A DNA stretch of 64,000 nucleotides from an uncultured delta proteobacterium. Its GTDB lineage: Bacteria > Desulfobacterota > Binatia > UBA9968. A model generated the notes under the pieces. It was given only the letters and a program-made list of their open reading frames with translations, did no database searches and was not told the origin of the DNA. Positions 9,940-20,437 of this stretch are shown here, piece by piece. The stretch is from assembly GCA_963745035.1 (NCBI GenBank), contig CAVUVW010000025.1:64001-128000 (forward strand), read 5' to 3'. The position numbers were made by a program, and so were the translations under genes. The number at the start of each line of letters is the position of its first letter. Positions within the stretch are counted from its first letter, which is position 1.

Positions 9940-11169
9940 TCACAAAGCCGGATTATCGCCGCCGGAGGAATGATAGATATGCGCGGCAGCGACCAGGGTG
10001 AAAAAAAAGATCCGCGTTTCGTGATGATAAAAGGGGACGTCGCCGAGTCCCGCGACGATTACGGCGATCCACGCGGCGGCAAGGGCAAAGCCCAAAAGCT
10101 GCTGGGGGCCGCCGTCGCGCCGTCGCGCCGTCGCCGCTATCCGCAGCAGCGAAATTCCCATCAACCAGACAAACGCCAGCAGCCCCAACAGCCCGGTTCC
10201 GGCGAAGAGTTCGACGTAGACGTTGTGGCTATGCATGATCGGTCGATCTTTAAATGGGGTGTCTTGCACCCGCGGCCGGAGCGCCTCCCTTAACCGGCGC
10301 CGGCCGTAGCCGACGCCGAGCACGGGGTGATCCAGACCGACGCTCAACGCGCCCGTCAGTAAATGCTGTCGCTCGCGCAGCGACTCATCGTCGCTCGGGC
10401 GGCTGACCGAGCTGAGCCGATCCAGAATCGATGGAAAGGCCAGCGCGCATGCCGCCGCCAGCACTCCCATGGCTGCCAAATATTTCCATCTTTTTGCGCT
10501 GGCCATGAAATAAACCAGCGCCGCCGCCGAGCCGAGCCATGCGCCGCGCGAATAGGTCAAGAGCAGCGCGCCGATCTGAGAGGCGCACGACACCGCGCTC
10601 AAGCCGCGCCAGCCGAGCGCACCGGTAAGCGCCACGGCCGCACACAGCGGGATGCTCATGGCGAAAAGGTAGCCCGCGGTGTTGGGATGGTCCAGGGGAA
10701 AATAAAAGCGGTGGCCGAGCTCGAGACGGAAAACCGCAGGATCCTGCGCCAAGCCGCGGGCGACGAGCACCAGCGGCAGGACTCCGCACAACAAGGGCAG
10801 CCAGCGCCTATGCGACGGGCTCGCGAAGAGATCCGCGACCATGACCGCGTGAGCGCAGCCGAAAAGAAAATAGCGGTAATCGCCGGCCACGTGAAAGTCC
10901 GGCAGCAGCGACAACGTGACCACGGCAAAGAAGACCCACAGCGGCGAAAGCGCGCGCAGTCGCGACAATCCGGTAGCGGACCAACCGCCGCGAGCCCACA
11001 ACAACGCCTTGAACGCCAGCCAGAAAAAAAACGTCGTCCGCGACACGCTCCAGGCGCTGATGCTGCCGCCGCCGCCAAAGAACTCCAGCCGGCCGATGCC
11101 GAGAAAGGCAATCGAAAGGACAAGAGCATAGGTCAAATAACGCTCGCCCCACTCCAGGAGGTATCGCAT
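9940..11169 (-). CDS. O-antigen ligase / O-oligosaccharyltransferase family (Wzy_C) membrane protein
   Basis: Multiple TM helices, HPNTAG, TYSRGAWLG, HPVLGVGYG, HSHNVYVELFAGTGLLG. Confidence 0.9.
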   Translation of the reverse strand: MRYLLEWGERYLTYALVLSIAFLGIGRLEFFGGGGSISAWSVSRTTFFFWLAFKALLWARGGWSATGLSRLRALSPLWVFFAVVTLSLLPDFHVAGDYRYFLFGCAHAVMVADLFASPSHRRWLPLLCGVLPLVLVARGLAQDPAVFRLELGHRFYFPLDHPNTAGYLFAMSIPLCAAVALTGALGWRGLSAVSCASQIGALLLTYSRGAWLGSAAALVYFMASAKRWKYLAAMGVLAAACALAFPSILDRLSSVSRPSDDESLRERQHLLTGALSVGLDHPVLGVGYGRRRLREALRPRVQDTPFKDRPIMHSHNVYVELFAGTGLLGLLAFVWLMGISLLRIAATARRRDGGPQQLLGFALAAAWIAVIVAGLGDVPFYHHETRIFFFTLVAAAHIYHSSGGDNPAL

Positions 11170-11307
11170 GTTTCCTTAAACCCGGGTTCCGCGGTCGTGA
11201 CTTGAGCCGGCATCCGCGCGGCACGATCCCAGAGTCGGAAAGACACATTCCTACTCCGGAGCGCGCGCGTACGAATCATCGCTCCACTCCCATGCTGGAG
11301 ACGTGCT

Positions 11308-12711
11308 TTACGGATGCAGCGCCCGACTGCCGCGAAAGCCGCCGAACAGAGTAAGCGCGAGGATTTTTATGTCGCGCCACAACGACCAGTTTTCGATGTA
11401 GTCCAAATCGTGCTCGACGCGCCGTTCCAAGGACGTGTTTCCCCGCCAACCGTTGACTTGAGCCCAGCCGGTCATGCCGGCCTTCACTTTGTGGCGCAGC
11501 ATGTATTTGGGCATCGAGCGGCGAAACTCTTCGATCAGCGGCGGTCTCTCGGGACGCGGTCCTACCAGGCTCATCTCTCCGCGTAACACGTTGACCAACT
11601 GGGGCAGCTCATCGAGGCTGGTCCAACGCAGCCAGCGGCCGACGGCGGTCACCCGCGGATCGTCGTCCGCGGACCACACCGGCCCGGTGAGACTTTCCGC
11701 ATCGTCGACCATAGTGCGAAACTTGAGCATCCAGAATCGTTCGCCGTCGAGACCCATGCGCTCCTGGCGGTAAAGCACCGGACCGGGTGACGTCAGCTTG
11801 ACGATCAGAGCGATCGCGGCCATGACCGGCGAAAAAATCATCAGGGCAAGCACGCCGACGACCAAATCCATCGCTCTTTTAAAAGCGGCGTTCCAGCCAT
11901 GCAAGGGCGACGTCTGCAAGCTGATGATCTGCAAGCCGTCGAGTTCTTCCACGTTGCCGCGCAGCTTGGCGAGGTTGCCCAGGTCCGGAATGAAGTACAG
12001 GTCCACGGGCTCGTCGGCCAGCCACGTTTGAACTTCGCGCAAGCGCGATGATTGCTCCAGCGGCAGGGTGACAAAAACGCCGTCCACCGCCCCCGATCTG
12101 ATCAGGGACAATAGCTCCGCGACGTTCTCGATCAATTGCACTCTGCCGGGAAACTTTTCCGCGCCTTCGCGCAGCAGAAAGATACCGATAATCTTGTGGC
12201 CGAGATGGCGGTAGGCCTGCAACTGCCGCAGCAGCCGCCTGCACTGGTCGGGTGTCCCGACCACCACCATATGGCGCATGTTATAGCCCCGGCGGCGAAA
12301 AAAACGGAGTCCTTCGCGAATGGCAAGATGGCTGATGTTGAGCAGAATAAGCGCGCTAAACCAGAAGACCAGCACGACGATGCGCGACAGCACGATTTCC
12401 CGAACTAAAAACACGATGCCGAGAAAGATGAGCAGCGCCAGGGCGGAGCCCTTGATGAGATCGATCACTTCGCGGCGGTGAGTCGAGAGCCGGCGCGGCC
12501 GGTAGAAATCGACAAGCTCGAAAACGCCCGCCCAGACCACGAGGACAATAAGCCAGGCGAGAACGTAGTGGCGAAATACATAATCCTCGGGCTCGCTGAA
12601 CAGCGCGGTATGGAATCGCAGGCCGTAGGCGAACCACCATGCGCAGCTCACGACCGCGAGATCGTTCAAGCGCATGAGCATCTTAAAAAATTCGTTATGC
12701 CGTCGCAACAT
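11308..12711 (-). CDS. wcaJ: Undecaprenyl-phosphate glucose phosphotransferase (WcaJ-like priming transferase)
   Basis: KRAMD, KFRTM, DDPRVT, SLDELPQLVNVLRGEMSLVGPRPER, GMTGWAQVNG, DLDYIENWS. Confidence 0.9.
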   Translation of the reverse strand: MLRRHNEFFKMLMRLNDLAVVSCAWWFAYGLRFHTALFSEPEDYVFRHYVLAWLIVLVVWAGVFELVDFYRPRRLSTHRREVIDLIKGSALALLIFLGIVFLVREIVLSRIVVLVFWFSALILLNISHLAIREGLRFFRRRGYNMRHMVVVGTPDQCRRLLRQLQAYRHLGHKIIGIFLLREGAEKFPGRVQLIENVAELLSLIRSGAVDGVFVTLPLEQSSRLREVQTWLADEPVDLYFIPDLGNLAKLRGNVEELDGLQIISLQTSPLHGWNAAFKRAMDLVVGVLALMIFSPVMAAIALIVKLTSPGPVLYRQERMGLDGERFWMLKFRTMVDDAESLTGPVWSADDDPRVTAVGRWLRWTSLDELPQLVNVLRGEMSLVGPRPERPPLIEEFRRSMPKYMLRHKVKAGMTGWAQVNGWRGNTSLERRVEHDLDYIENWSLWRDIKILALTLFGGFRGSRALHP

Positions 12712-12712
12712 C

Positions 12713-13846
12713 TTACGCTGGAGTCATGCGATCCCGCAGATAAGCCGATACAATCTGCTTCATCTCCGACTTGAAGCGGGCGCGCGAGAATCCTGAGGCG
12801 TGCCGGCGCAGCGCCGCGGGATCAAACATATGCTTTACGTCCCGATACCTTTCCACCGCTTCGATCAAGCTCGCCGGCGCGGCTTGAGAAAAAAAAATTC
12901 CGGTCGGCGGCCTGGCCGCGTCGCGGCCCCTATCGTCGACGCCGATCACCGTTTCTCGCGCCCCTCCCCGATCGTAAGCGATCACCGGCCTGCCGCTCGC
13001 CTGCGCCTCCAGCGGCACGATGCCGAAATCTTCTTCCCCCGGGAAAATTACCGCTTGGCACCTGGAATAGAGTTCCGCCAGCTTTGCGTCGCCGACCCAG
13101 CCGAGAAACTCGATATTGGACTTTGCCCGCCGCCGCAGGAATCTTTGCAGCGGCCCGTCGCCGGCAATCTTCAACGGCAGTTGTAGCTCATTGAAGGCAT
13201 CGACGGCAAGATCGATGCGCTTGTAAGGCACCAGCGCGGAAACGATCAAATAGTACGGCTCCGGGCGCTCGGCGAGGTCAAACCGCTCTACATCGACCGG
13301 CGGATGGATCACCGCCGCCTCGCGTCCATAAAGCGTCTTGATCTTGGCCGCGACGTTTTTTGAGTTGGCAATAAAGAAACTCACGCGCTCGGAAGAACGC
13401 AGATCCCAGCGCTGGAGATAGCCTCGCCACAGAGCCATCGCCGCCTTCGGTATCGGAGAAGCGCCGGCACCGAAATAAGCATCGTGCTGGTCCCAGATAT
13501 AACGCATCGGAGCATGCACGTAGGCGATATGCGCGACGCGATGCGGGAATATACCCTTGGCGACGCAATGGCTGCTCGAAAGAATGAGGTCATAGTCGCC
13601 GAGCTCGAAAGTCTCTACGGCCTGGGGAAAAAACGGCAGAAGGTAGCGAAAATAGTTTTTGGCTCCCGGCAAGCGATCGATCCAGGAAGTTTGGATCTTC
13701 ATTCGTTGAATTTTCGGTGAAATAGCGCGCGGGTCATAAACCAGCGTGTACAAATCGGCCTCGGGAAAAATTTCGCAACACGCCTCCAGGCACTTTTCGC
13801 CGCCCCTCATGCCGGTGAGCCAATCGTGAACCAGGGCTATTTTCAT
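12713..13846 (-). CDS. Glycosyltransferase family 4
   Basis: MKIALVHDWLTGMRGGEK, YKRIDLAV, EDFGIVPLEAQASGRPVI. Confidence 0.9.
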   Translation of the reverse strand: MKIALVHDWLTGMRGGEKCLEACCEIFPEADLYTLVYDPRAISPKIQRMKIQTSWIDRLPGAKNYFRYLLPFFPQAVETFELGDYDLILSSSHCVAKGIFPHRVAHIAYVHAPMRYIWDQHDAYFGAGASPIPKAAMALWRGYLQRWDLRSSERVSFFIANSKNVAAKIKTLYGREAAVIHPPVDVERFDLAERPEPYYLIVSALVPYKRIDLAVDAFNELQLPLKIAGDGPLQRFLRRRAKSNIEFLGWVGDAKLAELYSRCQAVIFPGEEDFGIVPLEAQASGRPVIAYDRGGARETVIGVDDRGRDAARPPTGIFFSQAAPASLIEAVERYRDVKHMFDPAALRRHASGFSRARFKSEMKQIVSAYLRDRMTPA

Positions 13847-13954
13847 GAGTGAGACATCGGGGATGGAAACTTGGGCGGCCTTTACCGGGCAGGAAAGTTC
13901 GTTGTATCGATCGCCGGCGCGCTGCAAAAAACGACGCCCTGTTTCCGGGCATGG

Positions 13955-14311
13955 CTAACCTTTGATCAGTTGTCGCATTTTTTGCCAGGCAAAATCCAGC
14001 GTGAACATGGAGGTCATCAGGGAGCGAATGTACGCGTTGGAAACTCGCCGCCGCGACTGAATGGCGCGGCGTTTTTTCCATATCGACGGCAGCATTTTCA
14101 GCGCATCCCGCTTGGCCCTGAAAAACGGGCGCCACTGCCGATGCCGCAGGCAGAGATAGCCAAACGAGCCGATCTCTTGAAGGAGCTTGTAGTGGGCAAA
14201 TCGCAGCATCAATCCAAACGGCATGTTCTTGAGCCAGACGAATTCCAAATTGCGCCTGTGATAGTAGACGTGAACGTCGCTCAGCTTGATCGACGTCGCG
14301 TTACCTTTGTG
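13955..14311 (-). pseudogene. Orphan 3' third of a GT2 gene, paralogous to the end of the gene at 33155-34175
   Basis: HKGNATSIKLSDVHVYYHRRNLEFVWLKNMP...AWQKMRQLIKG aligns ungapped with the 33-kb gene; similarity stops abruptly at 14311. Confidence 0.85.
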
Positions 14312-14822
14312 CGAAGGATGGCTGCCGGCACATAGGCGCACCTCCAGCCGGCAAGCTGAGAGCGAAAGCTTGAAGAGGTATCTCGTCATCAAAAAACTTT
14401 GCTCATAAGCAGGATCTCCATCTGAGAATGGGTTCCGGAGTCTTTGTTGCCTGGATGGCGGTTGGGCATGGCGCAGGCGCGTGGGAATGGCGAGGCGCCT
14501 CCTCTCGGAAGACCATGTGTCCTACAACGACAAGATAGAGGTTTTTCTCAAGCGCCGATGGAGCAACTGAAAAACCCGAGATCTGTACCACTCATTGCGA
14601 AAGTGTGCAGCTGCATCCAGACAGTCCAAAACCATATAGCGTTGGGATAAGGAGCTGCTGATCAACCTCAACGCAAATTTCCCGCCCTTTCTTTGTTCCT
14701 TGTTTCATCAATGCCCAACCGGCAATGTAGACTCCGTCTCCATGTTGCCTCAATGACGGCGATATTTGTTCGCGTATCCACGTCGACAGAAAAAGTGTGC
14801 TGCCGCCCAAGAAAAAGTTTCG

Positions 14823-16595
14823 TCAGCGAAGCGGCGCCACTACATGGCTGCCCGTCAATTTGAAGGCCTTTCCCGATTCAGTGTCAAAGGCCCAGGCATC
14901 GATATGAGTCGAGGCACTGGTGGGCATATCCGCTCGAGCGAACGTGTGTTGCCAGCGGTTCCGCTTCTCGACCGGCTGGCGCAGGACGCCTATCAACCCC
15001 TCCGGAATGAGCTCCATCTGTGCGATCGCAAACACCCTGGGCATTTGCGTCGCGTCTCGATAGGTGAGGAGCACGGCATGAGCCGGCTCTCGTCCGCCCC
15101 GTAGCACCGCCCTTCCTTGCGCGATGAAGCGGCCGTCCGGCGTCATAACGAGGTTTTCAAACGCTCCAGCTGACCACGTCTCCTGACTGCCCTTCGCGAT
15201 CTCTTCCACGTTTTTCCCATCGATCAAGCTCGGCCGCAGGTAGCCGAGGCGATTCAGCGCATTTGCGAGTGCCGTCAGATCCCGGTGGCTCGACTCTATC
15301 AAGATAGCTGGTGCGGGAGACCGCAGAACATTGACGAACAGGAGGCATGCCTTGAAGTAGAGAGCCTTCGAGCGGTACACGCGAGCCTGAAGCACGCCGC
15401 TCGCCGCGGTGAGCGCATGGACGAGCAGCAGTAAGACTCCGATTCCAGCAGAGGCAAGTCGAACCCGCCGCGCTCGATTCGGCAGATATCCGTTTGCTCT
15501 GGCGTGCTCAAGCACAATCGCAGCGAGGTAGATCAGGGAAACGACAAGGTAGAGCGAGAAGGTCGAATAGCGCGACTCCAGAGCCTGCGGAATCCCAAAC
15601 CCTAACCGAGCGGGCATTACCATGAGCCCCGTCCCAAGCGAATACGCCCCGAGCGCGATGAAGACGATCATTCGCTTGCGCAACGATCGGTCGCCGAAGC
15701 GCGCCCAGAGGTACGCGCAGGCCCCTAAAAAGAGAATCGAAGTGATGGCTCCAATAGGTATCGCCGCCGCCAGCCGCCGAACCCCAGCCCCTGGCGCCAG
15801 GGGAGCCCCTAGAAACGCAGCGAGATACGCGAGAGCGCGAGCAGGATGGTCCAGGGCTTCGGTCAGGCTTGGGTGCCACTCCGGAGTGCGATAGCCATAC
15901 ATGTAGAAGCTCAAGCTCAGCAGGCACAACGCCGTCCAACCGGCGATCACAAAGGGGACGAAGCGTTTCCGCCAGTCGCACACGACCAGAAGCACGGGAA
16001 GCACGAGCATCCAGCACAGGATGCCGTTCGCCGAGGAGAACGTGCTGACGATCGACAAGAGCACTCCGATCGTCAACTTGGCGTTGGGGCTGAGACCGGA
16101 ATAGGCAACGCTCAAGCAAGTTGTCAGGCATGCGATCGGTACGAGGTAGATCACCTGAATGCCGAAAAGCCAGTTCTCGTACTGGACAGGCGAGAAGATG
16201 AGGAGATTGGCTCCGGCGAGCAGCCAGAGTCGCTTTTGAGTATCGGTGATCGTGACCCGACTGATCCGATAAATATTGAAGGAGACAAGGCAGGCGAGCA
16301 GAAAGCTCACCAGCATCTCATAGCGCACGTTCCAGCGCGTGATTGTGCCAAGGGCGAGGAAGAGCAGGTGAGGAAACAGCTGCCGGAACTCGTTATGCTG
16401 GTCAAACAGGTGAACAAATGAGAGCGAACCATCTGCCAGTTTTACAAACAGCTCAGCGGTCCCCCAGTGGTCAGTGTATGGCACGTCGACACTGTACGTA
16501 GCGATAAAGAGAGCGGTAAAACCGACGGGAAGTATGACCAGCGCAACAATGAGCGCTTGGCCAGCTTTCGACGCGCAGCGGAGGACAGGTGTCAC
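14823..16595 (-). CDS. Polytopic membrane protein, probable GT-C fold glycosyltransferase
   Basis: Many TM helices, DVPYTDHW and QHNEFR in the first periplasmic loop, SRYSTFS motif, soluble C-terminal domain; last gene of a sugar-modification cassette. Confidence 0.6.
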   Translation of the reverse strand: MTPVLRCASKAGQALIVALVILPVGFTALFIATYSVDVPYTDHWGTAELFVKLADGSLSFVHLFDQHNEFRQLFPHLLFLALGTITRWNVRYEMLVSFLLACLVSFNIYRISRVTITDTQKRLWLLAGANLLIFSPVQYENWLFGIQVIYLVPIACLTTCLSVAYSGLSPNAKLTIGVLLSIVSTFSSANGILCWMLVLPVLLVVCDWRKRFVPFVIAGWTALCLLSLSFYMYGYRTPEWHPSLTEALDHPARALAYLAAFLGAPLAPGAGVRRLAAAIPIGAITSILFLGACAYLWARFGDRSLRKRMIVFIALGAYSLGTGLMVMPARLGFGIPQALESRYSTFSLYLVVSLIYLAAIVLEHARANGYLPNRARRVRLASAGIGVLLLLVHALTAASGVLQARVYRSKALYFKACLLFVNVLRSPAPAILIESSHRDLTALANALNRLGYLRPSLIDGKNVEEIAKGSQETWSAGAFENLVMTPDGRFIAQGRAVLRGGREPAHAVLLTYRDATQMPRVFAIAQMELIPEGLIGVLRQPVEKRNRWQHTFARADMPTSASTHIDAWAFDTESGKAFKLTGSHVVAPLR

Positions 16596-17362
16596 GGTTG
16601 AGACACCGGGGCCTCAGATTGGTTTTGTGGCAGCTTCTTTCGCGCAATGCAGAAGACGGACACCCCGAAGGGCAACCTCACGCGTCGCGCCACATAGTTC
16701 TCAAGTGCGAGAAGCCGAAAGAGGGTTCGGTCGACGGGGCGGGGTAGCGCGACCAGGTCACCCTTGGTTGCGGTGTTCGCTCGCGCTCGCCGCAGGAGCT
16801 TTAAGAGCACGGCCAATGGTGACAGCAGAGTATTCCGGTAGGTGATCCGAACTAGCTCGAAACCGGATCTTTGTATCTTCTCGGCCAGTTCGTCGCGCGT
16901 ATATCGGTGGCGTGTGAGAGTGGCGACATCGTGAGCGGACCAGAGGAAACGGTATGCCGCGACCTGGAGCAGGACGAACCCACCAGGGACCAGGACCCGA
17001 TAGATCTCCCGAAGTGCGCCGACGTCGTCTGGCACCCACTGGTGGACGAGTACATCAATGGATAGGACCGCATCGAAACTCTCCGATCGAAATGGAAGCG
17101 CGGTGGTCGACGCCTGAAGGACGTTGTTGAGTCCACGCCGTCGGCATAAACCTATGCCCTCGCTAGCGATCTCGATGCCCCAGGCTTTCCTGTTCGCGAG
17201 ACGCTTGAGCAAACCACCGGTGCCACAGCCGGCATCCAGGATACGCCCCGTCTGACGGATCGGAACGTCTGAGAGCGCCGACAGGATGAACTGCATCGAG
17301 CCCTCGAACCACCAGTAGCGATCTTCCAACTGGAACATCGCATCGTATTCAGTCGGTCGCAC
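16592..17362 (-). CDS. Class I SAM-dependent methyltransferase
   Basis: EDRYWWF, ILDAGCGTG, LPFRSESFDAV, WSAHD...HRY. Confidence 0.9.
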   Translation of the reverse strand: MRPTEYDAMFQLEDRYWWFEGSMQFILSALSDVPIRQTGRILDAGCGTGGLLKRLANRKAWGIEIASEGIGLCRRRGLNNVLQASTTALPFRSESFDAVLSIDVLVHQWVPDDVGALREIYRVLVPGGFVLLQVAAYRFLWSAHDVATLTRHRYTRDELAEKIQRSGFELVRITYRNTLLSPLAVLLKLLRRARANTATKGDLVALPRPVDRTLFRLLALENYVARRVRLPFGVSVFCIARKKLPQNQSEAPVSQP

Positions 17363-17374
17363 AGAGCCCTCCAG

Positions 17375-18481
17375 CTAGGCGACAAACGCCCGAATCGCAT
17401 CACAGACCAGCGCGACTTGCGACTCATCCAGGTCGGGGAAGATCGGGAGAGACAAGATCTCTGATGCCGCCTCCTCGGCCGCTGGGAAGCTTCCGGGCCC
17501 CGCCCCGAGATCCGAGTATGCGGGTTGGAGGTGGATCGGCCGCGGATACTGAACGCGGGTATCAATGCCGCGATCCGCCAGCCATTCCCGTAAGCGATCT
17601 CGTGACGGATGCCGGATGACATAGGAACAGTAGACGTGTGTGGTCTCTGGCCGTTCGACCGGAACCTTCACACTGGTTCCCTTGAGGTGGGTATCATATG
17701 CGCGGGCCAGGAAGCGACGCTGTGCGTTCGAGGCGTCGAGATGCCGGAGCTTGACGCGCAGAATGGCCGCCTGCAGCTCGTCCATACGGCAGTTAAAGCC
17801 TCTAAGATAGTGCATGAAGCGCTCTCGCTCTCCGTAGTTCCGCAGCAGCCGAACATGCTCCGCATGATCGGCTGAACGTGTGACGATCATGCCGCCGTCG
17901 CCGTAGCCGCCGAGGTTCTTGGTCGGATAGAAGCTGAAGCAGCCGAACAGCCCGAAGCTACCCACCTTCTTGTTGTAGTACGTTGCACCATGACCCTGGC
18001 AGGCATCCTCGATAATCTCGAGCCCGCGCGAGCTTGCAATATCAAGCAAAGGCTTGAGATCAGTTGGATGGCCGTAGAGGTGGATAGGGATGATTGCCTT
18101 GGTTTGACGCGTCAGTCGAGCCTCCACTTGCAACACATCCAACGTGTAGGTGGCCGGATCGATGTCAACAAGGACCGCTCGCGCGCCTACGCCCTCGATG
18201 GCAACTACTGTCGCCACTGCGGTCATGGCACTCGTGAGGACCTCATCTCCCGGCCCCACACCCGCGGTGAGCAGTGCTAGGCGCAATGCCTCGGTACCGG
18301 AACTTACTGCCACCGCATGGGGGGCGCCGAGATATGCGGCGAACTCCTTCTCGAAGACTCCGACTTGGCCGCCGAAGAGGAAGACGCCGCTGTCAAGAAC
18401 GTCCTGAATCGCCCGGTCAATTTCAGTCTTGAGCTGGTGATACTGCGTGCGCAGATCCACGAACGGAACGACCGTTCTCAC
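17375..18481 (-). CDS. DegT/DnrJ/EryC1/StrS sugar aminotransferase
   Basis: SSGTEAL, PIHLYG, IEDACQGHGA, FSFYPTKNLGGYGDGG, NCRMDELQAAIL. Confidence 0.95.
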   Translation of the reverse strand: MRTVVPFVDLRTQYHQLKTEIDRAIQDVLDSGVFLFGGQVGVFEKEFAAYLGAPHAVAVSSGTEALRLALLTAGVGPGDEVLTSAMTAVATVVAIEGVGARAVLVDIDPATYTLDVLQVEARLTRQTKAIIPIHLYGHPTDLKPLLDIASSRGLEIIEDACQGHGATYYNKKVGSFGLFGCFSFYPTKNLGGYGDGGMIVTRSADHAEHVRLLRNYGERERFMHYLRGFNCRMDELQAAILRVKLRHLDASNAQRRFLARAYDTHLKGTSVKVPVERPETTHVYCSYVIRHPSRDRLREWLADRGIDTRVQYPRPIHLQPAYSDLGAGPGSFPAAEEAASEILSLPIFPDLDESQVALVCDAIRAFVA

Positions 18482-19518
18482 CAGTAGTAGCTCCTATAAC
18501 GTCGGTAATACTCGACTGTCCGCAGCAGGCCTTCGTCTAACGGCACCGCGGGCTCCCAGCCCAACATGGCCTTGATCTTCGACGAATCGGCATAGTAGCT
18601 CCCAATGTCGATTTGACACCGTTCTTCGGGGAACGGAACGCATGCATAGGATCCTCCGCCGACGACAGCCAAAAGGATGTCCGCAAATTCCCGAAGCGAG
18701 TACGGTCGTTCACCGCTCAAGTTGAAAACCTCCCCGTCGGCTTCAGGCCGATGCGCCACGACGAGCAGCGCGTCGACTACATCGTCGACATATGTGAAGT
18801 CTCGCATCTGCCGACCGTCACCAAAGAGCTCAATCTGATTGCCATCGACCGCGCGGCGGATCAACCAGCCGACGAACGCCTGCCGGCCGTGGCGCATGAG
18901 CTGACCGGGCCCGTAAGTATTGGTAAGCCGAAGCGATGTCGTCCGGAGGCCATAGAGTCGTCCGTAGAGCAGGTGGTAGGCCTCGCCCGCAACCTTGTGG
19001 ATTCCGTTGATGTCGACCGGACGTAGTGGGTGGCGCTCGTCGACCGGCAGATATTCTGGCCGCCCATACTGCTGACGCGTGCCCGTGAAGACGATCTTCG
19101 CGCCCGGCGCATGCTTCCGGCAGGCCTCGAGCAGCCCTAACTGGGCCTGACAGTTCATCATCAGGTCCGAATAGGGATCGCGCATGCTGTCGACGTGACT
19201 GACCTGCCCGGCCAGGTTGAAGACAAGCGTCTTTCCCCGCACCGGCTCTCTCATCGCATCCTCGTCGGCCATGTTGACGATATACACCGTGATACGCCCC
19301 TCAACGTGTGCGAGGTTGAAACAGTTCGCTCCAGTGTTCGGCACTAAGGGATCGACAACCGTCACCTCCGCCCCGAGTTCCACCAAGCGGCGGACAAGAT
19401 TGCCACCGATGAATCCGTAACCACCAGTAACCAGAACAGGTACACCGGCGAAAGCGGTTTTCGGAAAGAGCATCACGGGCTCCGCCTGGCCGCCCGCCGA
19501 ACGGTGAGTCGCCACCAT
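18478..19518 (-). CDS. NAD-dependent epimerase/dehydratase
   Basis: TGGYGFIG, NLAGQVSH, RLTNTYGP, GDGRQMRDFTYVDD. Confidence 0.9.
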   Translation of the reverse strand: MVATHRSAGGQAEPVMLFPKTAFAGVPVLVTGGYGFIGGNLVRRLVELGAEVTVVDPLVPNTGANCFNLAHVEGRITVYIVNMADEDAMREPVRGKTLVFNLAGQVSHVDSMRDPYSDLMMNCQAQLGLLEACRKHAPGAKIVFTGTRQQYGRPEYLPVDERHPLRPVDINGIHKVAGEAYHLLYGRLYGLRTTSLRLTNTYGPGQLMRHGRQAFVGWLIRRAVDGNQIELFGDGRQMRDFTYVDDVVDALLVVAHRPEADGEVFNLSGERPYSLREFADILLAVVGGGSYACVPFPEERCQIDIGSYYADSSKIKAMLGWEPAVPLDEGLLRTVEYYRRYRSYYW

Positions 19519-20288
19519 AAGCGCACCATGTCAAAAACTACCTCCGCTATGCGCGACGCAGTGAAGAACTGGGAGCGTCCATACGGTCGGCGATAGTGAT
19601 GAACAGGAACCTCGACGAACCGGGCACCGGCATCCTGCAGCTTGCGGACGAGCTCCAGACAAATGATGCCGGAGTTATGCTCCAGCGCGATCTTCTGCAG
19701 CACAGAGCGTCGAATGAGGCGGAAATCACAGTCGACGTCGCGTATCTTCAAGCAGAACATGATCCTTGCCACTTCCCGGTAAACTGCTCCGATCAGCACC
19801 CTGTGCCACGCATCCTGACGCGTGAGTTTGTAGCCCTGCACCACATCGATGCCGTCATCGACGAGCGCCAACAACCCGCGAAGCTCGGTTACATCGTACT
19901 GCGCGTCGCCGTCGGTGTAGAAAACCCAATCTTTGCTGGCCTCTGAAAAACCGGTCCGGAGCGCCCCCCCGTAACCCAAATTCCGTGGATGGCGCACAAC
20001 GCGTAACGGCACCGAACGGGATCTCAAGAGCTCTTCCAGAACGGTAACGCTATGATCGGTGCTGCCATCATCCACGACGATAATCTCGTAATCGGTCGTG
20101 ATTTCCTGCAGCGTCTCATTCGCGAGAATGACGAGACTAGCGATCGTGACACCGTCGTTGAAGCACGGAAAGAACGCACTGACCGAGAGAAATGACCTCA
20201 CCGGAACGAGCAAGACCGAGGGATCATAGAATGCGACCCGACGTGTCGTCAAGAGTTCCGACCATTGTAAGCCAGTAATACCCCCCAT
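19473..20288 (-). CDS. GT2 polyprenol-phosphate glycosyltransferase (DPM1/ArnC-like); start uncertain
   Basis: FFPCFND, VDDGSTD, NLGYGGALRTG, YTDGDAQYD, DVDCDFRL, EVPVHHYRR..GRS. Confidence 0.85.
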   Translation of the reverse strand: MGGITGLQWSELLTTRRVAFYDPSVLLVPVRSFLSVSAFFPCFNDGVTIASLVILANETLQEITTDYEIIVVDDGSTDHSVTVLEELLRSRSVPLRVVRHPRNLGYGGALRTGFSEASKDWVFYTDGDAQYDVTELRGLLALVDDGIDVVQGYKLTRQDAWHRVLIGAVYREVARIMFCLKIRDVDCDFRLIRRSVLQKIALEHNSGIICLELVRKLQDAGARFVEVPVHHYRRPYGRSQFFTASRIAEVVFDMVRLWWRLTVRRAARRSP

Positions 20289-20437
20289 GCTGTGCCACTC
20301 ACGATTTCAACAAGCAGTACGGATTTAGAAGTACCCGCGTCCTGAAAGTTTTAATCTCTCGTACTGATTGGAACGCACGCCGGGACAGAGGGAGTAAAAA
20401 TGGTGCCGACCTGTGGCTCTTTACGTAGAATGGTGTG

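Noticed and set aside
14312-14822. Integrase or att site at the cassette edge
   Set aside because: Only short fragmentary ORFs; no recombinase motif, tRNA or exact direct repeat was found.
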